A stretch of DNA of 64,000 nt from contig CAZQQT010000005.1 of assembly GCA_964595645.1 (NCBI GenBank), forward strand, positions 64,001-128,000, given 5' to 3'. Position 1 is the first letter of the stretch; each line of letters begins with the position of its first letter. Both the position numbers and the translations under genes were made by a program. Below are positions 59,787-64,000 of the stretch, one piece after another. A model generated the notes under the pieces. The model searched no databases. It was not told the DNA's origin and saw only the letters and a list, made by a program, of their open reading frames with translations. Source of the stretch: an uncultured Thermococci archaeon (lineage in GTDB: Archaea; Methanobacteriota_B; Thermococci; Methanofastidiosales; B48-G16).

Positions 59787-60986
59787 GTGCCTGTAACAAC
59801 CGAAAAGCAGCTTTTTTATGGGATATATACAGCATCTGGGAGATCTTTATATCTAAATTCTAAATACATAAATCTAAAAAATAACACAATTGCAGTTTAT
59901 ACTGCGAAGAAATCGTATCTTCCCGGAGAGACGGTAACTGTTTTTGTTGAAACAGGGACAGAAGGTACTCTGCACATTGAAGCTCCTGAGTATTCAGAGG
60001 ATTTTGATATAAATGGAAACATGAATTTCAGTTTTACAGCGCCAGATCTACCGTCTGGTAGTTATCCTATAAGGTACACTTTTACTTGTCCCGGTAAAGA
60101 GACAAAGGGAATATGTTACTTTGATATAGAGGGACTCGATATAAAGATACGTGAGTTGCAATTGAAAAAAAGAGATTACAAGCCTTTGGACACACTGAAA
60201 ATACATTCAAGTATCTATTCTAACCGCTCGTTTAATGCTACGTTTTCGTTTGAGCTCTACGATTTCAGCAATGAACAGATAGAAAAAATAGAGACGGAAA
60301 GAGTTTTAGATGTAGGTGAGAACACCCTTTCTTTCAAGATACCGTTCTCAACTCCTTCCTCAGGAATACACAAACTTCTTTATGAGATAGGGGATTTCTA
60401 TGGCACAGAGTACTTTGATGTCCGAGGACCTATTATCTATTCTATTACTACAAGTAAAGGTGTATATACTCCAGGAGAAGAAAAGTATGTCACTATAGAA
60501 ACGAGAGGGGAAGATATGGTACGAATATATTTAGATGGGAATGCGATATATGAAGGTTATGTAGATTCAGACGAATTAGTAGTTCCTTTATATACTGCCA
60601 GTGAAGGATTTCATAGTGTAAAAGCTAAAATTGTCTCGAACATTTCAAATGAAAAAAAAGTTGGTTTTTTTGTTTTTAAAACGTCAAAATCTGAGTCTCC
60701 AGAACGTTCAGAAACGTTCACTGCAAACCCTCTAGCTTATAAGTCCTTGGCCGAAGCAACGTTATCGAAGATTAATCAGGAGATGTTAGTAGTGGAAGGC
60801 CTTATTGAAGTTAAAAAGGATGAACTCGATCTAGAAAATATAGAAAAAACGTTAACTACGATTAAAACTTATATAGCCGAAGGAAAAAAGGCGATGGACT
60901 CTAGAAATTATATAACAGCCAATAGTAAGTTTAATACAGCACTTGACGAGATAGTGGAACTGGAAGACTATCTAATAAATGTATAA
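59787..60986 (+). pseudogene. N-terminally truncated surface protein (Ig-like beta repeats plus helical C-terminal domain)
   Basis: No signal peptide and an in-frame TGA at 59769; repeats YLPGETV / YKPLDTL / YTPGEEK; C-terminal helical region. Confidence 0.55.
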
Positions 60987-61030
60987 ACCCTGATCCAAAC
61001 CTATATTAACCGACGTTCAGAACACCCTTT

Positions 61031-61831
61031 ATGCGAATCGGTGCTCATGTATCAATAAGAGGAGGACTTCCAACGATTTTTGATAGTATTAAATCACTCG
61101 GCGGTAACTGCTGCCAGATATTTTCCCATTCACCGAGAACGTGGCGATTCAAGGATGTGGAGGAGAGGGATATTGAAACATTTAAAGAACGGTACAAAGG
61201 AGAGGATATTGTGCCTATAGTAGTGCATAACTCCTACCTGGTGAATCTCGCCTCCCCTAAACGAGATCTCCATAAAAAATCAATGGATAATATGCGTCAG
61301 GAGTTTGAGACTGCAGAGATTCTCGGCATTGATTATGTGAATATCCATCCTGGATCGCATGACGATACAAAAGAGGGGATAAACAGGATAATTGAGTCAC
61401 TTAACACCATGGATACTGATGCCTACTTGCTCCTCGAGAACACAGCCGATAAAATAGGGGGTGAATTTGATCATCTGGCGTATATTATGGATCACATAAG
61501 AATTACCTGCGGTGTGACACTGGACACGTGCCACGCATACGACGCAGGACATGATATCGTCAACAACCTCGACAATGTACTGGATGAGTTTGATAATACT
61601 GTGGGGTTGAAGAACCTAAAACTGATACATCTCAACGATTCGAAGCATGGACTCGGCTCGAAACGGGATAGACATGAGCACATTGGTCTCGGTGAGATAG
61701 GGAAAGAAGGATTCAGGAATTTTATCAATCACCCAAAGCTGAGAGAGATCCCGATGATCCTTGAAACGCCAAAAGATGAACGTCGTGGATTTAAGGAGAA
61801 CATTGCAGTAGTGAAGGACTTGATTGAATAG
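61031..61831 (+). CDS. nfo: Endonuclease IV
   Basis: IGAHVS, HNSYLVNL, HPGS, LENTA, DTCH, HLNDS, DRHEHIG, ETP. Confidence 0.96.
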   Translation: MRIGAHVSIRGGLPTIFDSIKSLGGNCCQIFSHSPRTWRFKDVEERDIETFKERYKGEDIVPIVVHNSYLVNLASPKRDLHKKSMDNMRQEFETAEILGIDYVNIHPGSHDDTKEGINRIIESLNTMDTDAYLLLENTADKIGGEFDHLAYIMDHIRITCGVTLDTCHAYDAGHDIVNNLDNVLDEFDNTVGLKNLKLIHLNDSKHGLGSKRDRHEHIGLGEIGKEGFRNFINHPKLREIPMILETPKDERRGFKENIAVVKDLIE

Positions 61832-61917
61832 TTATTTATTGCCACACGCTGATTTTTCAGCTCACGGTTTTTACAGGAAGGAGTAACTTTATATATTCTC
61901 AGCTGTATAATTCCACT

Positions 61918-62222
61918 GGCTAGACCGGGAGGTTAGGCGTCTCCTGTCACCTAAGATCGTCTAGAGGTAGGGGTCGAAGTCCGAAGAGCGAGAGATAAAT
62001 CCAGTGGGAAGAGCTGCCTACGCCGATGAGATCCTGTCTCTCTTGATCGGCGTGGGGAGGGCCTCTTCTGGAGGGAAGAGGCTACTCCCCTAACTTCTGA
62101 ACCCCGTGAGGCCCGGAAGGGAACAACGGTAGGGAGGATGTCCGATGCTTGAGAGGTCGCAGGATTGAGAACGGGGCAGTTTCGACCCGTTGGAGGAGTC
62201 TTTCCATCTTCGGGCGTGCCAT
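61918..62222 (+). ncRNA. ffs: Archaeal SRP (7S) RNA
   Basis: TATA at 61888-61895; Alu-like 5' end GGCTAGACCGGGAGGTTAGGCGTCTCCTG; helix 6 GCCTCTTCT-GGAG-GGAAGAGGC; helix 8 CCC-GGAA-GGG; about 305 nt, 3' end approximate. Confidence 0.92.
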
Positions 62223-62234
62223 TCATCATTGAAC

Positions 62235-62503
62235 TCAGGAGAATTCAGTCCCACACATTGTACAGAACTTAGCTCTTTCTTTATTTGCAGACCCACAATA
62301 TCTGCAACGTTTGTCGTTCGGATGAGTTTTAGCCCGAGGTTTATATTGTAGCTGGGTACTACCACAATGTGAACATTGAGAGGATTTTGCAAGATACTAA
62401 AACAAATACAGAACTCCAAACAGCAAAAATGCTACGATATCAAATTTTTTTGTAGGCTCCACAATCGTTCACAAAATTTCACTGGGCCTTTAACTATAGG
62501 CAT
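62235..62503 (-). pseudogene. Disrupted membrane zinc-ribbon protein (LITAF-like plus double zinc ribbon)
   Basis: SD and ATG62503; frameshift near 62465; VEPTKKFDIVAFLLFGVLYLF*YLAKSSQCSHCG...CRYCG...FCTMCG; in-frame TAG at 62399-62397. Confidence 0.75.
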
Positions 62504-62649
62504 ATTCCCCCTCCTGCAGTATTCATATAACCACCTCGATCTTCTTTTCTCTTGGATCTTTAAATAGATATCGGAACAATTTATCGGAACAATTTTAATT
62601 AAAAAAGAAAATACCTCTATCTTCCATACATTTCTCTGGAGAATGTTCT

Positions 62650-64000
62650 CTATATCTTCTTTTTCCACGTCGTTTTTTCCCCATCTTCAAGAATGATGCC
62701 GATGTCACGTAGCCGTGCTCTGATTTCATCTGCCGTATCAAACTCTTTTTTTTGCCGTAGTTCTTCTCTGATATCAATGAGGAGTTCAATCAGTTCTTCC
62801 TCGCGCCCTTCTTCTTTTTCTTCTCTCAACACTCCAAAAACATTTCCTATCTCTTCAAAAAGATTTTTTGCATCTTTGAGTTGAGATTTGTTTGCAGACT
62901 CCGTGTATTTATTTATTTTTTTAATGAATTCATAGTATGCAGCGAAGGCCTCAGGCGTGTTGAAGTCATCGTCCATCGCGGCCTCGAAATCTCTTCTCGC
63001 TGTTTTCACGGCCTCTTCAAGCTCGGTACTTCCTTTCCCAGGATTCTTAAGGGAAATTTCGAGTTCTCTTCGAGCGTTGTAGATTCTTTCAAGGGATCGT
63101 TCTGCAGATTTCACACCATCTTCGCTAAAATCCATCCTGCTCCTGTAATAGATAGATGCCAAATATAGCCTGAGTACCATGGGGTTGTACTTCTCGAGTA
63201 ATTCCCGAATTGTAGTGAAATTTCCCAATGATTTTGACATTTTTTCTCCTTCTACAGTCAATACACCCGTGTGAAGCCAGTAGTTCACAAACTGTTCATC
63301 GTAGTATGCTTCAGATTGGGCAATTTCGTTTTCATGATGAGGGAATGCCAGTTCTATTGCACCTCCATGGATATCCAACGGAACGCCAAGATACTTGGTT
63401 GACATTACGGAGCACTCAATATGCCATCCCGGTCTTCCCTCCCCCCATGGAGATTCCCAGAATATCTCTCCTTCTTTGGCTGTTTTCCACAGCGCAAAGT
63501 CTACTGGATTCTTTTTTGTTTCGTCGGGTTTCACCCGGGCACCGGAAAGGATATCTTCCACTGATTGATTGGAAAGCTTTCCGTACTCTTCAAAGGCACT
63601 GATATCAAAATACACATTCCCTCCTGACTCATACGCGTATCCTTTCTCTATGAGAACCTTGATAAACTCGATAATATCGTCAATGTGGTTAGAAACCTTG
63701 GGATAAAGATCGGCTCTCTTTATATTCAGGGCGTCAAACTCCTTCTGAGCCTCCTTAGAAAAACGTTCGGCGATTTCTAGGGGGTTTTCATCGATTTGTT
63801 TTGATCGATTGATGAGTTTGTCCTCTACATCGGTAATATTCTGGATATGAAAGATATCGTATCCTTTGTACTCAAGGTATCGTTTGATGACATCAAAGGC
63901 CACGTAGGTTTTTGCATGTCCAAGATGTGCATAGTCATAGGGTGTGAGCCCGCAGACATACATTCTCACTCTTTTTTCTTCTGGCTTAAATTCTTCTTTT
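62650..64000 (-). CDS. cysS: Cysteine--tRNA ligase (5' end outside the window)
   Basis: MYVCG.T.YD..HLGH, GRPGWHIECS, FPHHENE, KMSKS. Confidence 0.97.
   Translation of the reverse strand, partial: KEEFKPEEKRVRMYVCGLTPYDYAHLGHAKTYVAFDVIKRYLEYKGYDIFHIQNITDVEDKLINRSKQIDENPLEIAERFSKEAQKEFDALNIKRADLYPKVSNHIDDIIEFIKVLIEKGYAYESGGNVYFDISAFEEYGKLSNQSVEDILSGARVKPDETKKNPVDFALWKTAKEGEIFWESPWGEGRPGWHIECSVMSTKYLGVPLDIHGGAIELAFPHHENEIAQSEAYYDEQFVNYWLHTGVLTVEGEKMSKSLGNFTTIRELLEKYNPMVLRLYLASIYYRSRMDFSEDGVKSAERSLERIYNARRELEISLKNPGKGSTELEEAVKTARRDFEAAMDDDFNTPEAFAAYYEFIKKINKYTESANKSQLKDAKNLFEEIGNVFGVLREEKEEGREEELIELLIDIREELRQKKEFDTADEIRARLRDIGIILEDGEKTTWKKKI

Noticed and set aside
62397-62399. In-frame TAG as pyrrolysine
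   Set aside because: The position fits a mutated Tyr/Trp codon in a gene that is also frameshifted; no pyl genes are in the window.
61951-62419. ORF-track entries 61951-62229 and 62090-62419
   Set aside because: They are antisense to the SRP RNA or off-frame readings of the zinc-ribbon pseudogene.
1-64000. CRISPR arrays, IS elements, integrases, inteins, tRNA introns and the many antisense ORFs in the track
   Set aside because: No spaced direct repeats or transposase/integrase motifs were seen; topA, tgtA and the synthetases are normal length; all four tRNAs have 7-nt anticodon loops; antisense ORFs are shadows of well-supported genes.

Overview
Archaeal chromosomal window, roughly 42% GC by eye. 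Evidence for archaea: TATA/BRE promoters, Alba, pelota, Rpp21, TgtA, form III RuBisCO, an archaeal SRP RNA and four intron-less tRNAs without encoded CCA. The gene content suggests a Thermococci-related anaerobe such as Methanofastidiosales or Theionarchaea (inference only). Housekeeping genes (hisS, cysS, topA, nfo, tgtA, rnp4, albA, pelA) alternate with accessory catabolic genes: two tandem TldD/PmbA pairs, an M1 peptidase, a bacterial-type ftcD-fchA-fhs folate module, a hydantoinase/racemase/decarboxylase cluster and vapBC. At least eight decayed genes are present, several keeping both ends but lacking the middle. Best candidates for undescribed biology: (1) a tightly coupled operon of two roadblock/MglB proteins, a membrane-targeted MinD, a small membrane protein and a 1232-aa surface protein with an acidic cytoplasmic tail, possibly a MinE-free positioning system; (2) a promoter-bearing hairpin sRNA between tRNA-Phe and albA whose loop shows an anti-Shine-Dalgarno sequence; (3) a C-terminal helical domain shared by two unrelated surface-protein remnants; (4) an SRP RNA with substitutions in the normally conserved helix-8 loop. 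No CRISPR array, transposase or integrase was seen. All product calls come from motif recognition by eye, not database searches.
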